From the IMG/VR virus record IMGVR_UViG_3300034691_000049, positions 1 to 64,000 of that record: a stretch of 64,000 nucleotides of DNA; one strand, 5' to 3'. Shown one piece after another: positions 46,515-55,647 of this stretch (positions are counted from its first letter, which is position 1; every line of letters begins with the position of its first letter). A model generated the notes under the pieces. It saw only the letters and a list, made by a program, of their open reading frames with translations. It ran no database searches and had not been told where the DNA came from. Both the position numbers and the translations under genes were made by a program. Source of the stretch: a virus.

Positions 46515-46734
46515 GGTCTTGAGCACGAATTAACCAATAATTTGTGTGAGGTTCTGCTGACTGACCGGTTGCGATAGTAATTGTGAGATAGATCTACGTC
46601 AAGTGTCGCAAACCCCTGTCGTCTTTCCCATCGCTGTCCTCGTCCGCTGCGCGAACTCGGTTGCGTGGGACGACGACTGGTGTTTGCTAGGGAAAAGGGG
46701 TGTAGAATCGGCTGATTCATGATAAGGGGGCTTT

Positions 46735-48018
46735 ATGAGCCAAGTTTGCTTGGTCACCGAGTCCGGTGACTATGTTTGCGGTACAGGGGACTGGACCGGG
46801 CCAAAGCCTGGAGATCCCAACACATCTGACCTATTGCTGCATGCAGTTCCTGCATTCGGCGGTGTGGATGTCACATGGACGTGGCCAGACACATTTCCCG
46901 AGGCTGTTGCGTACACCACGATTTATCGGGGTACAACTGAAGATTTCAACGCAGCTACGGTGCTTGTCGCAGCCGCTTCGGGCAACTTCTACTACGACCG
47001 TATCGAACGCACCGTTGTAACCCAGTTTTTCTACTGGATCATAGTTCACTCGATTTATGGCACACCATCTCGGCTTATCGGCCCTGCCTGGGCAAATGCG
47101 AAGCCCCGCATTGAAGAAATGATCGAGGATCTCACCGGACAGATCGATAATGGTGTTTTGGCGCCTGCGCTGAAAAATGAGATTGCGCGTATCGAGCTGA
47201 ACCATTTAAACATCACCCAGGAGATGTTGGATCGCCAAGGCGAAGATGACGCACTCGCGGCCCAAATCACTGTCGTAGGTGCACATTCCGATGGCACCCG
47301 GGCACTTCTCCAACAAGAGGTGCTGGCTCGTACCGATCAGGGCTCTGCTTTCGTTTCCACAGTGAACACGTTATGGGCTGAAGTGAACGGCAATATCGCC
47401 GCTATTCAGGTACAACAGACCGCACTGGTCAACGATTTACAGGCACTTGCGCAACAAGTCACCAATCTGGAAACCCAGGTCGGCGAGGATCTTGCACAAG
47501 TGCTTCAGACCATGCAGACCAAGATTGACATAGTGGACGGTAAAGTTGTCTCTATTGGGGCACTTTGGACCGCACAGGTAAACGTCAATGGTTTGATTGG
47601 CGGTTTTGGTGTTTACAACGATGGGCGCATTGTTGAGGCCGGTTTTGATGTCGATCGGTTCTGGGTAGGGCGCACTGGCACCAATAAGCGCAAACCCTTC
47701 ATCATCGAGAACGATGTGACGTACATCGACGATGCCGCGATCAATAAGCTCACTTTTAGCAAGCTTCGCGATGAGTCTGGCAGCTTCATTGTTGCCAATG
47801 GCAAAGTGAAGGCTCAGTACCTCGAAGTTGATACCCTGACCGTAAACCAGGCCATGTCGAACAACTTTGTGTGGAATACGTCGGGTTGGGCTTTCCTGCG
47901 AGACGGCACAGTTCAAATTAACGGGTCTGGTGGCCAAGGCCGCATGATCATGTCTCAGTCGCTGATCCAGATCTATGATCAGTACAATCGACTGCGCGTT
48001 CGCATGGGACTTTGGTAA
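46735..48018 (+). CDS. tail protein resembling the C-terminal half of lambda J (FN3-like + coiled coil + DUF1983-like)
   Basis: VDVTWTWP...FFYWI, a heptad region, and GALWTAQVNVNGLIGGFG...VDRFWVG...PFIIEND. Confidence 0.75.
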   Translation: MSQVCLVTESGDYVCGTGDWTGPKPGDPNTSDLLLHAVPAFGGVDVTWTWPDTFPEAVAYTTIYRGTTEDFNAATVLVAAASGNFYYDRIERTVVTQFFYWIIVHSIYGTPSRLIGPAWANAKPRIEEMIEDLTGQIDNGVLAPALKNEIARIELNHLNITQEMLDRQGEDDALAAQITVVGAHSDGTRALLQQEVLARTDQGSAFVSTVNTLWAEVNGNIAAIQVQQTALVNDLQALAQQVTNLETQVGEDLAQVLQTMQTKIDIVDGKVVSIGALWTAQVNVNGLIGGFGVYNDGRIVEAGFDVDRFWVGRTGTNKRKPFIIENDVTYIDDAAINKLTFSKLRDESGSFIVANGKVKAQYLEVDTLTVNQAMSNNFVWNTSGWAFLRDGTVQINGSGGQGRMIMSQSLIQIYDQYNRLRVRMGLW

Positions 48019-48326
48019 TGTCTGCTGATCTTGAGTGTTACGACGAAAACGGCTTTGCTACCCTGACAGCTTCAACGCTGTTCGGGCGCACGCTGGGCAC
48101 ATTCAATACCGGCACCGCAAACGGTTCCCTTTACTTTGCTGGTTTGACTTCTGCCGGTGCCACGCCTTGGATGATGTCCATGCCTGTGAGCAGCGAGTTT
48201 GTTTCGTGCCTCCCAACCTTCACCATCGCCAATGACGTGGTGTCCTGGACGTTTACTGACTTTTACGGCCCGGGCAACGTACTTGCGGTTCGCCACGGCT
48301 GTTCTTGCATCGTAGGAACTAACTGA
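48012..48326 (+). CDS. tail-associated small protein
   Basis: LECYDENG...; typical gene following J-like genes. Confidence 0.6.
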   Translation: MVMSADLECYDENGFATLTASTLFGRTLGTFNTGTANGSLYFAGLTSAGATPWMMSMPVSSEFVSCLPTFTIANDVVSWTFTDFYGPGNVLAVRHGCSCIVGTN

Positions 48327-48982
48327 TGTTTGAACTGTGGAAAGATGACATGTCTCGCGTGCGTTTGGATGAAAATTCCCAAGCCGCGAGTTATTTGGGC
48401 GCTTACTGGATAGATCGCACTGCGTGGACCTTGTATCCCGACGTAACGTACCCATACGGGTATGGTTCGGTGGGTATTCACCCAAGCACCACTTTTGTGA
48501 TGTTCGGCACCACTGACGGACAAACTGTGGCAATTGAGTCCATGGGTGGAAGCGTCCTTAACTTGGTGGCAACTGGGCGTGCGGGAATGTGGGTTTACTG
48601 TTTCGGTGCCCGTAACGTTACCGGTTCCAACTCTGGTTTGCAGTTACTCGACGCCGCGGGCAATATCACTTTCGACGCGCAAGCCAAGTGGATGCGACTG
48701 TCCGGTGTGATCAACTCGCCGGCCTTTAATACCGACTATGGCTGGCCTGCGGGTGTAGCCACAGTTGCTGTAGGAATGTCCCACCGTGGTAACTGGATTC
48801 AGCAGAATCAGATCGGGCAGCAACGGGCGTTCCTGGTATTGAATTATGGGCTCCGGGTCAGTACCGGTTTAGCGGCAATCTCCGGCGTAGCTCGACAGGG
48901 GCCTCAAAGTGCCAGCCCACCGCCAACAACACCTCGACCGGCAATAGGGAACCTCATCTTTGCGGACGTAACACGCTATTGA
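48326..48982 (+). CDS. tail-associated protein
   Basis: SGLQLLDAAGNITFD motif typical of J-accessory proteins. Confidence 0.6.
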   Translation: MFELWKDDMSRVRLDENSQAASYLGAYWIDRTAWTLYPDVTYPYGYGSVGIHPSTTFVMFGTTDGQTVAIESMGGSVLNLVATGRAGMWVYCFGARNVTGSNSGLQLLDAAGNITFDAQAKWMRLSGVINSPAFNTDYGWPAGVATVAVGMSHRGNWIQQNQIGQQRAFLVLNYGLRVSTGLAAISGVARQGPQSASPPPTTPRPAIGNLIFADVTRY

Positions 48983-48994
48983 TGATAAAGTTCG

Positions 48995-49024
48995 AACCAC
49001 CGCCCACGTTAGGGCGGTTTTTCT
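48995..49024 (+). terminator. terminator
   Basis: ACCGCCC-ACGTTA-GGGCGGT-TTTT. Confidence 0.7.
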
Positions 49025-49037
49025 TAGGAGACAGCCA

Positions 49038-51494
49038 ATGACTGCTGTTTTGTTCAAGTTTTCGCACCCTGACGGGACTCCGGTGGCTGATGCCCCGTTT
49101 CTTGTCACAACACGAAAACCGAGCTTCGATGAGACGCTTCGCAATGGCATTCAGGTGCCTGGCGACGTTGCAGGTGTAACTGACGCACAAGGCGAGGCAA
49201 CTCTCGAATTGATGGCAGGCTTCGCCACGTATTACCTGTTGATGGATAATCCCGGGGCTGTCCCGAGCGAAGATGGTTGCACTGCTGGTTTGCGCTACCG
49301 TTTCGTGGTCACCGAGTCGGATGTCCCGTTGCGGGTGGAAGACTTGATCGTCACCACACCAACGTTCTCCCGTCCGTGGGACGAAACGGCACTGCAAATC
49401 ATCATTGACGCCAAAACCTCTTCCCAGGCATCGGCTACTCATGCCAAAGCCTCTGAAGTGGCTGCTGCGGGTTCCGCTACTCAAGCAGGTCTGCATGAAC
49501 AGGCTGCCTCGGGCTTTGCTGACGCCTCCGAAGCCTCTTCGGTTGCCTCGGCTAACTCGGCCACGGCCGCTGGCCTGTCGCAGGTTGCTGCCAAGCTTTC
49601 CGAGGACAACTCGAAGCTGTCGGAAAATGCATCCCGTGCCAGTGAACTGTCGGCCGCAGCCTCGGCTGACTTCGCTGCCTCGGTGATCACTGACGCCCAG
49701 GCACAGGTTGACGAAGCCACTCGCCAAGCTGGTTTGGCTGGTGATGCGCGTGATGCGGCTGAACTGTCCGCTACCCATGCCAGCGACAGCGCTGCTGCTA
49801 CCGCGGCTGATGTGCTCACCACGGCTGCCAACGTTCAGACGACCCAGACCAACAAGCTGGCAACTGCTGCCGACGTGCAGGCTGTAACCACCCTGAAAGG
49901 CGAAACCTCTGACCTGAAAGATCAGGCCGGCATTGCCCGGGATGAGGCTGTAGCAGCGGCCCAGCAAGCTTCAGGCGCCTTTACCGATGGCGGTCTGGTC
50001 AACCTTTCGACTGGTGCGTACCCGGCCAAGCCGTCGGTCTCGACCATCTGGCGTGTATCGGTCGGCGGTACTGTGACCAGCACCCCGGAAGGCACGATCA
50101 AGTACGTCGCAGGTGACAACCTGGTCTACTCGAAAACGGCCAACGTCTTCTATAAGACGGACAACAGCCAGACAGTGACCTCGGTAGCCGGCCGCATCGG
50201 TGATGTGGTGGTGACGGCTGCTGACGTAGGCCTACCTAACGTCAACAACACTGCGGACATGGACAAGCCTGTGAGCAATGCTCAACGGACTGAGTTCAAT
50301 GCCCGGACTGTGACGACCAGTAACCTGGATACGACGGCAAACCGCTTGGTGAAAGTCGGCGACTACGGTGAAAACGGCGGTGTGCCAATCTCCCGCATCG
50401 TAACCGATGATGCCAACGCTTTGTCTGTGGCCGGTACTTATGCCTTCACCAATGGTGGTGTAAACGTCCCGGAAGCGGCTTACATCAAGCACATCACGGG
50501 AACGGCCACCGGCTACGCCAAACAACTGGCGTACGGCATTTTGACGGATAAACAGTATGTTCGAACGCAGAAAGCTGGCGTTTGGACTGCCTGGACTTCC
50601 TCGGTGGAGATTGTCGATGCATTGAACAGCACCGACCCAAATAAAGCACTGTCTGCCAAACAAGGCAAAGTGCTCTACGATTTGCTGCAAGCCAACAACG
50701 TCACGGCGGTTCGTTACACTTACAACCTCACTGCGGGCCAAACAGCTATCACCGGCGCCGACCTTGCAGGCAAAACTCTGGTGTATACACCGGGTGCCTT
50801 GCTGATGGTGGAACTGAATGGTTTCCCTATCTGGATTGCCAATGACTACACAGCCAGCAATGGTTCGCTGATTACCTTGTTGCAAGGTGTCGAAGCGGCC
50901 AGTGAAGTTGCCGTTACAGTCTTTGGTTCGTTTTCGGTAGCTGATCACTACACAAAGGCTGAGGACGATGCGCTGCTCGCGGTTAAAGCTTCCGCGGCCA
51001 CAGTGGCAACTATTCAGTCCACTTATAACAAATTAACGCTCGATATTACGCAAATCGCTACTAGTGGCGTAAATAAAGATTTTGTTATTCCTTCTAACGC
51101 GAAACGGGTAACATTATTTTTTAATGGTTTGAGCGGATCTGGCAGCGCAGCTATCATTGCACAACTGGGTGCTGGTAGTGTTCAAAGTACCGGGTATGTC
51201 TGCGCCAATACTGTTATTTTGAACAGTAGCTCGACAGTAACTCAAGGATCTACCGGGGTTATTTTTGGTGGTACAGCAGGGGCCAACACTGTTTATGGCA
51301 GCATAACTTTTACTCACATGGGGAATAATACGTGGGTGTGCACAGGCACTGTCAATTATAGTAACGTGGCAGCCACTGGCTTTATCTGTGGTGCAGTAAC
51401 TTTGACCGGCACTCTTGATCGCCTTCGTGTTACCACAGCTAACGGCACAGACACATTTGATGCCGGTGCTGTTAACGTACTCGTTGAAGTTTAA
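49038..51494 (+). CDS. tail fiber protein
   Basis: Ala/Ser-rich coiled coil, VTSVAGRIGDVVVTAADVGL, NTADMDKPVS and ALSAKQGKVL fiber repeats. Confidence 0.9.
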   Translation: MTAVLFKFSHPDGTPVADAPFLVTTRKPSFDETLRNGIQVPGDVAGVTDAQGEATLELMAGFATYYLLMDNPGAVPSEDGCTAGLRYRFVVTESDVPLRVEDLIVTTPTFSRPWDETALQIIIDAKTSSQASATHAKASEVAAAGSATQAGLHEQAASGFADASEASSVASANSATAAGLSQVAAKLSEDNSKLSENASRASELSAAASADFAASVITDAQAQVDEATRQAGLAGDARDAAELSATHASDSAAATAADVLTTAANVQTTQTNKLATAADVQAVTTLKGETSDLKDQAGIARDEAVAAAQQASGAFTDGGLVNLSTGAYPAKPSVSTIWRVSVGGTVTSTPEGTIKYVAGDNLVYSKTANVFYKTDNSQTVTSVAGRIGDVVVTAADVGLPNVNNTADMDKPVSNAQRTEFNARTVTTSNLDTTANRLVKVGDYGENGGVPISRIVTDDANALSVAGTYAFTNGGVNVPEAAYIKHITGTATGYAKQLAYGILTDKQYVRTQKAGVWTAWTSSVEIVDALNSTDPNKALSAKQGKVLYDLLQANNVTAVRYTYNLTAGQTAITGADLAGKTLVYTPGALLMVELNGFPIWIANDYTASNGSLITLLQGVEAASEVAVTVFGSFSVADHYTKAEDDALLAVKASAATVATIQSTYNKLTLDITQIATSGVNKDFVIPSNAKRVTLFFNGLSGSGSAAIIAQLGAGSVQSTGYVCANTVILNSSSTVTQGSTGVIFGGTAGANTVYGSITFTHMGNNTWVCTGTVNYSNVAATGFICGAVTLTGTLDRLRVTTANGTDTFDAGAVNVLVEV

Positions 51495-51532
51495 TTAATA
51501 GCTGCCCGAGAAGGGCAGCCAGGGGGTTTCAA

Positions 51533-52024
51533 ATGGCTTCAACAATTTCGCGGATTCTCTCGCAATTGCGCTTTCCGCTTCCGGTAAGCTTAGGGGGTAC
51601 AGGCAAGACTTCTATGGGTGCGGGGGCTGTAGGTACTGTTTCGCAGGCCGCAGGAATAGCCACTGGGGCTATCTTGCAAAGTGTCACCACGGTTGTTGGT
51701 AGCCAAACTAACAGCTATACCAAGTATGCAGACGGACGTCTTATTTGCACTAGTGTCATTAACTATAACGGTTTAGGTACAACCGTAGCTTGGGGGTCAT
51801 TATTTATTGGTGGTTTGGCCGCAGCTCAGGATTATCCTGTACCGTTTATTACAGTACCGGCTGTAACGCAAACCTTCCAATCTAACGGGGTGAGTCTCAT
51901 GGCGTCACCCCTATTGAGTACTGCTACACAATGGGGTGGTTGCTACCCTGTAGGTGCTTATAGTACAGGTGGTAGTACTTACACGGCTGAGCTTCATCGA
52001 ACCGCTATTGGCCGTTGGTACTAA
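51533..52024 (+). CDS. short tail fiber/receptor-binding accessory protein
   Basis: LPVSLGGTG, YTKYADGRLIC and AIGRWY are fiber-tip-type motifs. Confidence 0.75.
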   Translation: MASTISRILSQLRFPLPVSLGGTGKTSMGAGAVGTVSQAAGIATGAILQSVTTVVGSQTNSYTKYADGRLICTSVINYNGLGTTVAWGSLFIGGLAAAQDYPVPFITVPAVTQTFQSNGVSLMASPLLSTATQWGGCYPVGAYSTGGSTYTAELHRTAIGRWY

Positions 52025-52122
52025 TTCAAGGAATAACACATGAAACTCAGTGAAGTCCGTAACAAGTTTAAATACCGAGTGTATGTCCGCGGTTATTACT
52101 TCAAACGATAAGGAGCGATACC

Positions 52123-52620
52123 ATGATGCTGACCGAAGTGCGCAACAAGATCTTTCCGAAAGCGTTTAAATTGCTTCCGGCTTCCATGAACTCGCCGGCT
52201 GCCCAGGTGATCCTTCTCACTATTGGTTTGCAGGAATCGCGGTTCGAGTTCCGGCGCCAATTGGGCAATGGGCCGGCCCGGGGCTTCTGGCAATTCGAGA
52301 AAGGCAATGCCACTTCTCGCGGCGGTGTTTGGGGTGTGGCCAACCACGCCAAGACGGCCGAGACCCTGAAATTTGTGTGTCAGGCTCAGGGCGTGCCCTT
52401 TGATGTTGACGCCATCTGGGCTGCGCTGGAGACCGATGATGTGCTGGCCTGCTGTGTGGCCCGTCTGCTGATGTACACCGACGCAGCCAAGCTGCCTGCG
52501 GTAACGGACGCCGACGGTGCCTGGGAGATGTACGCAAAACGTACCTGGCGCCCGGGCAAACCACATCCTGAGACCTGGGCCGCATTTCATGCACAAGCCC
52601 GTACAGAAGTGGGGGTTTAA
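52123..52620 (+). CDS. endolysin (lysozyme-like fold)
   Basis: IGLQESR...RQLGNGPARGFWQFE...WRPGKPH; upstream of the spanins. Confidence 0.8.
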   Translation: MMLTEVRNKIFPKAFKLLPASMNSPAAQVILLTIGLQESRFEFRRQLGNGPARGFWQFEKGNATSRGGVWGVANHAKTAETLKFVCQAQGVPFDVDAIWAALETDDVLACCVARLLMYTDAAKLPAVTDADGAWEMYAKRTWRPGKPHPETWAAFHAQARTEVGV

Positions 52621-53127
52621 ATGATCAAGGCCTTCCTCGGCGAGCACTGGATTGCTATAGTGCTCGTCGTCGGGGCCTTGGGTGTTGGATTCGCCCAAGG
52701 CACCAGTTACAGCGAAAAGGGCTGGCTAGTCCGTTGGGAATCACGCAATGCGGAAGAATCGACGGCCAAGGCAGCATTCGAACTCAAGCAACGTGAAACA
52801 GAACGAGGTTTACGCGATGATCTCGCAACTCAACTTGAAGTCAACGATAGACAACGTATTGAAAGCCAGCGCAATAAACTTGACGCTGATGTTGCTCTTA
52901 ACAGCATGCACGGCGAACTCGGCGCCCTACAGCTACGTCTTCAGCGAGCCAGTAACGCTTCCGGCAATTCCAGCGCAGTTTCGTCAGTTACCCGCGCCGC
53001 AATGGTGCTCTCCGACTTGTTTGCAGGCTGTAGCACAGAGCGACAAGAACTCGCGGGAGCGTTTGACGAATCTCGCAACCGAGCCTTAAAAGTTGAACAA
53101 ATGTACAACAAAGCACGGGGCCAATAG
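52621..53127 (+). CDS. i-spanin (Rz-like)
   Basis: N-terminal TM, coiled coil and a C-terminal Cys. Confidence 0.8.
   Translation: MIKAFLGEHWIAIVLVVGALGVGFAQGTSYSEKGWLVRWESRNAEESTAKAAFELKQRETERGLRDDLATQLEVNDRQRIESQRNKLDADVALNSMHGELGALQLRLQRASNASGNSSAVSSVTRAAMVLSDLFAGCSTERQELAGAFDESRNRALKVEQMYNKARGQ
52817..53089 (+). CDS. o-spanin (Rz1-like lipoprotein) embedded in the +1 frame of Rz
   Basis: Lipobox LLTAC, Pro-rich mature region, CSPTC; GAGG SD before ATG 52817. Confidence 0.8.
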   Translation: MISQLNLKSTIDNVLKASAINLTLMLLLTACTANSAPYSYVFSEPVTLPAIPAQFRQLPAPQWCSPTCLQAVAQSDKNSRERLTNLATEP

Positions 53128-53142
53128 GCCCCGCTTCTTTTT
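53116..53142 (+). terminator. terminator after the lysis genes
   Basis: CGGGGCC-AATA-GGCCCCG-CTTCTTTTT. Confidence 0.75.
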
Positions 53143-53423
53143 CAGCCGATAACGTTATCAGCGTCAAGTTCGTTCTCTTCGCAGTATTCCCGTACGATCC
53201 CGTCCGGGTCATGCCCCAACTCCAGAGCCAGATCGTGAAGCGCAACGTAAGCAGTCATGGTGTCACCACGCCCGCACGATACGACCTTCACACCTTCAAT
53301 GATGTCCGACTCGTCTGCCAGGGATTTGGTGAAGGGGCCGGCAAACATCCCGGTGAAGTTCTCTTCGTTGGTGATCTCAAAGACCACAGTGAAGTATTTC
53401 TTTACTGGTTTGTCGTTACTCAC
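53142..53423 (-). CDS. hypothetical acidic protein
   Basis: Likely GTG start at 53423 overlapping the upstream ORF end. Confidence 0.55.
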   Translation of the reverse strand: MSNDKPVKKYFTVVFEITNEENFTGMFAGPFTKSLADESDIIEGVKVVSCGRGDTMTAYVALHDLALELGHDPDGIVREYCEENELDADNVIG

Positions 53424-53667
53424 CGTAACCCCCAACTTTCGCTTCTTTTGCCAATTGAGTGGCCAGAATCGCCTGATTCTGGAGTTCTTCGTGGTCAGTG
53501 TTGCCATGGGCAACCATATCGACTAATTCTTGCAGTACATCGCACTGCGCGGGAATATGGCCATCGGCCGAGGTCACAACTTCGTACGTCTTACCATTAA
53601 TGGTTACTTCACGCGGGTGAACCTGAAGGCCGTCGGTTAGGATTACCAATGTCTGAAATGTGGTCAT
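53416..53667 (-). CDS. hypothetical protein
   Basis: Likely start MTTFQTL, ATGA overlap. Confidence 0.55.
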   Translation of the reverse strand: MTTFQTLVILTDGLQVHPREVTINGKTYEVVTSADGHIPAQCDVLQELVDMVAHGNTDHEELQNQAILATQLAKEAKVGGYGE

Positions 53668-54047
53668 GCAAACACCTTGATGAGGTACATGGCAACTCCG
53701 CAGGCTGCTGCGAGCTGAACGCCGAAGTTGAGATTGTAGAGCGCACGCACTGCGCGTTCTGGCTGATAACGGTCCCACTCTTGTACCGTCATGACGTAAT
53801 GTTTGTCTGAAGGCTTGGCCAAGCGGTAAGTGCCCGCATTCAAACCATTACCCAGGCCACGGACGGCAGGCATAAGACTACAGCCTTGAACGTAACCGTC
53901 AGCGTGTGGGTTATTCACCAACAGGATGTCACCGACGGCTTGAGACTGTTTACCTTCAGCGCCCTTGTGGGTGTAGTAGGCAATCTCGGTGGCGATAACG
54001 ATATCACCATGAAGCAAACCCAGCGGGTTCTTACGGTCTCGTGCCAT
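53664..54047 (-). CDS. hypothetical protein with a C-terminal TM
   Basis: 127-aa ORF. Confidence 0.6.
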   Translation of the reverse strand: MARDRKNPLGLLHGDIVIATEIAYYTHKGAEGKQSQAVGDILLVNNPHADGYVQGCSLMPAVRGLGNGLNAGTYRLAKPSDKHYVMTVQEWDRYQPERAVRALYNLNFGVQLAAACGVAMYLIKVFA

Positions 54048-54061
54048 GGGAATATGCTCGT

Positions 54062-54086
54062 AAAAAAGCCCCGCAGAGCGAGGCTT
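54062..54086 (-). terminator. terminator after the holin
   Basis: Minus strand AAGCCTCGC-TCT-GCGGGGCTT-TTTT. Confidence 0.75.
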
Positions 54087-54095
54087 GGTGGTTGA

Positions 54096-54419
54096 TTATT
54101 CAGAGGCCGGATTATCGACCCCCCATCGTTTGCCTAGCACTCCCTCGACAATCGAGAAGAGTTTACCGCCGTAGTGCGCGGCGATGGACGTTGCGATTGG
54201 TTGGGTGAACCAAACGGGCACACCGTCGGCAATGAGTGGGTACATGTCCCAAACAAGCCAGCCAGCCAACACCGCACCGGTTAATTGTGCCGAGAGCCAC
54301 AACAGCGAGAATTTCTGGCCCTTTGCCAAGGCAGAAGCCACGGACAGGAAGCCAGAAAGAAGGCTGAGGACTACAGCGAAAATCGTGCCGGTGACGGCAG
54401 GATCTTGTTTCCATGGCAT
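54096..54419 (-). CDS. putative holin (three TM segments)
   Basis: 107 aa from MPWKQDP, three hydrophobic helices, charged tail, GGAGA SD. Confidence 0.65.
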   Translation of the reverse strand: MPWKQDPAVTGTIFAVVLSLLSGFLSVASALAKGQKFSLLWLSAQLTGAVLAGWLVWDMYPLIADGVPVWFTQPIATSIAAHYGGKLFSIVEGVLGKRWGVDNPASE

Positions 54420-54425
54420 AGCAAA

Positions 54426-54485
54426 TCTCCGGTCAAATAGCCTTAATCTGGCCAGGGCACATAATAGTGGCAATTTGACCGGAGA
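54426..54485 (-). promoter_or_regulatory. 13-bp inverted repeat sequestering the holin SD
   Basis: TCTCCGGTCAAAT (54426-54438) / ATTTGACCGGAGA (54473-54485). Confidence 0.65.
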
Positions 54486-54492
54486 GATATAC

Positions 54493-55014
54493 TCAGCCCA
54501 GGAGAACCTGACGAATTACAGCGATGCGGTTAAACAGCACGGTGTATAGCGGATGCTGTCCAAGGAAACGTTCATTTACTTGGTTTACCCACATCGGGCC
54601 GTAGATTGCGTTCATCAAGTCGTTATTCAACGCCTGAAGACCATTTACGTCGGAGATAGGGTCGAACTCTTTGGTTCGTGCCATCAGCAACACTTTTTGA
54701 TCAGCGTCGAGGTGGTCCATTTTCTCGATGTCACCGATCACGGTAAACGTGAGGGTTTTCGGGTCAACCTTACGGAACAAGGTTCCGAAGGGGTCGAGAC
54801 AACCGACAATGTAATGATCGCTCGCAGCAAGGAAGAATTCCCGCGTACTCAGCGATCCCATGCTGTTCCAGTAGCAGGTAGAAGTTTGGCCGTGCCCAAT
54901 GACAACAAGGCGGCCTTTGCCAGGCGCTTCATCGACCAACGACACAGTAATAACGTCACCAGTGGTTTCGTCTTCAATACGCATGTCTTCGGTCTTGCGG
55001 GAAGTTACTTTCAT
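54493..55014 (-). CDS. hypothetical protein
   Basis: 173 aa; GKGRLVV...CYWNSMG...REFF pattern seen in phage hypotheticals. Confidence 0.7.
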   Translation of the reverse strand: MKVTSRKTEDMRIEDETTGDVITVSLVDEAPGKGRLVVIGHGQTSTCYWNSMGSLSTREFFLAASDHYIVGCLDPFGTLFRKVDPKTLTFTVIGDIEKMDHLDADQKVLLMARTKEFDPISDVNGLQALNNDLMNAIYGPMWVNQVNERFLGQHPLYTVLFNRIAVIRQVLLG

Positions 55015-55175
55015 GGTTTACAGCTCCAACAGGGCGTCGGCCACCGCCTGGATGATAGTGATGCTCTCTTCGGGCATCTGGCCGGTAGCAATGCTAACAG
55101 CCTGTGCCCGGGAAGTGAGCGGGAAGAACTCCGGGTGCTGCTCTTTAATGGCGGCAGCGACCTCTTCTGGCTCGC

Positions 55176-55397
55176 TCATTTCACTTCTTCGAACGACGAC
55201 GTGACGCTTTGGGCTCGGACTTGGTCGAAGACAACGGCGTTGCTGTGAGCTGCTTTGATATCTTCGCAGGTGTCTTCGCTGTCGCTTTGGTCGTTGAAAC
55301 GTCCGAAGATTTCACCCTTGGCTTCTTCGTAGCTAGGGTTGTTTTCCGGGTCGATGTCGATGATGGTTTCGATGGTGGTGATGAGGCGGACTTGCAT
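55176..55397 (-). CDS. hypothetical acidic protein
   Basis: 73 aa, AGGAGG SD. Confidence 0.6.
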   Translation of the reverse strand: MQVRLITTIETIIDIDPENNPSYEEAKGEIFGRFNDQSDSEDTCEDIKAAHSNAVVFDQVRAQSVTSSFEEVK

Positions 55398-55647
55398 AGA
55401 ACCTCCTGGTACAACAATTTGTGAAGCGCTTTGCGCTTCTTGAGCGGGATCTCCAGCGTGTCCTTACGGAACGCTGTCCATTCTTCGAGGGAAACCTGTT
55501 CCCAGTTGCCCGGGACCGGCAGGGAATCCATGTCCCAGCTCCGCACGCAGCGGCTGGCACGATGAACGAAGAAATACCGGCCGTTGACCGGTGCGTTACC
55601 GAACTTGCCGGGTGAGTGCAGAGACTTGGCCATGTTGTTTCCTTGGT

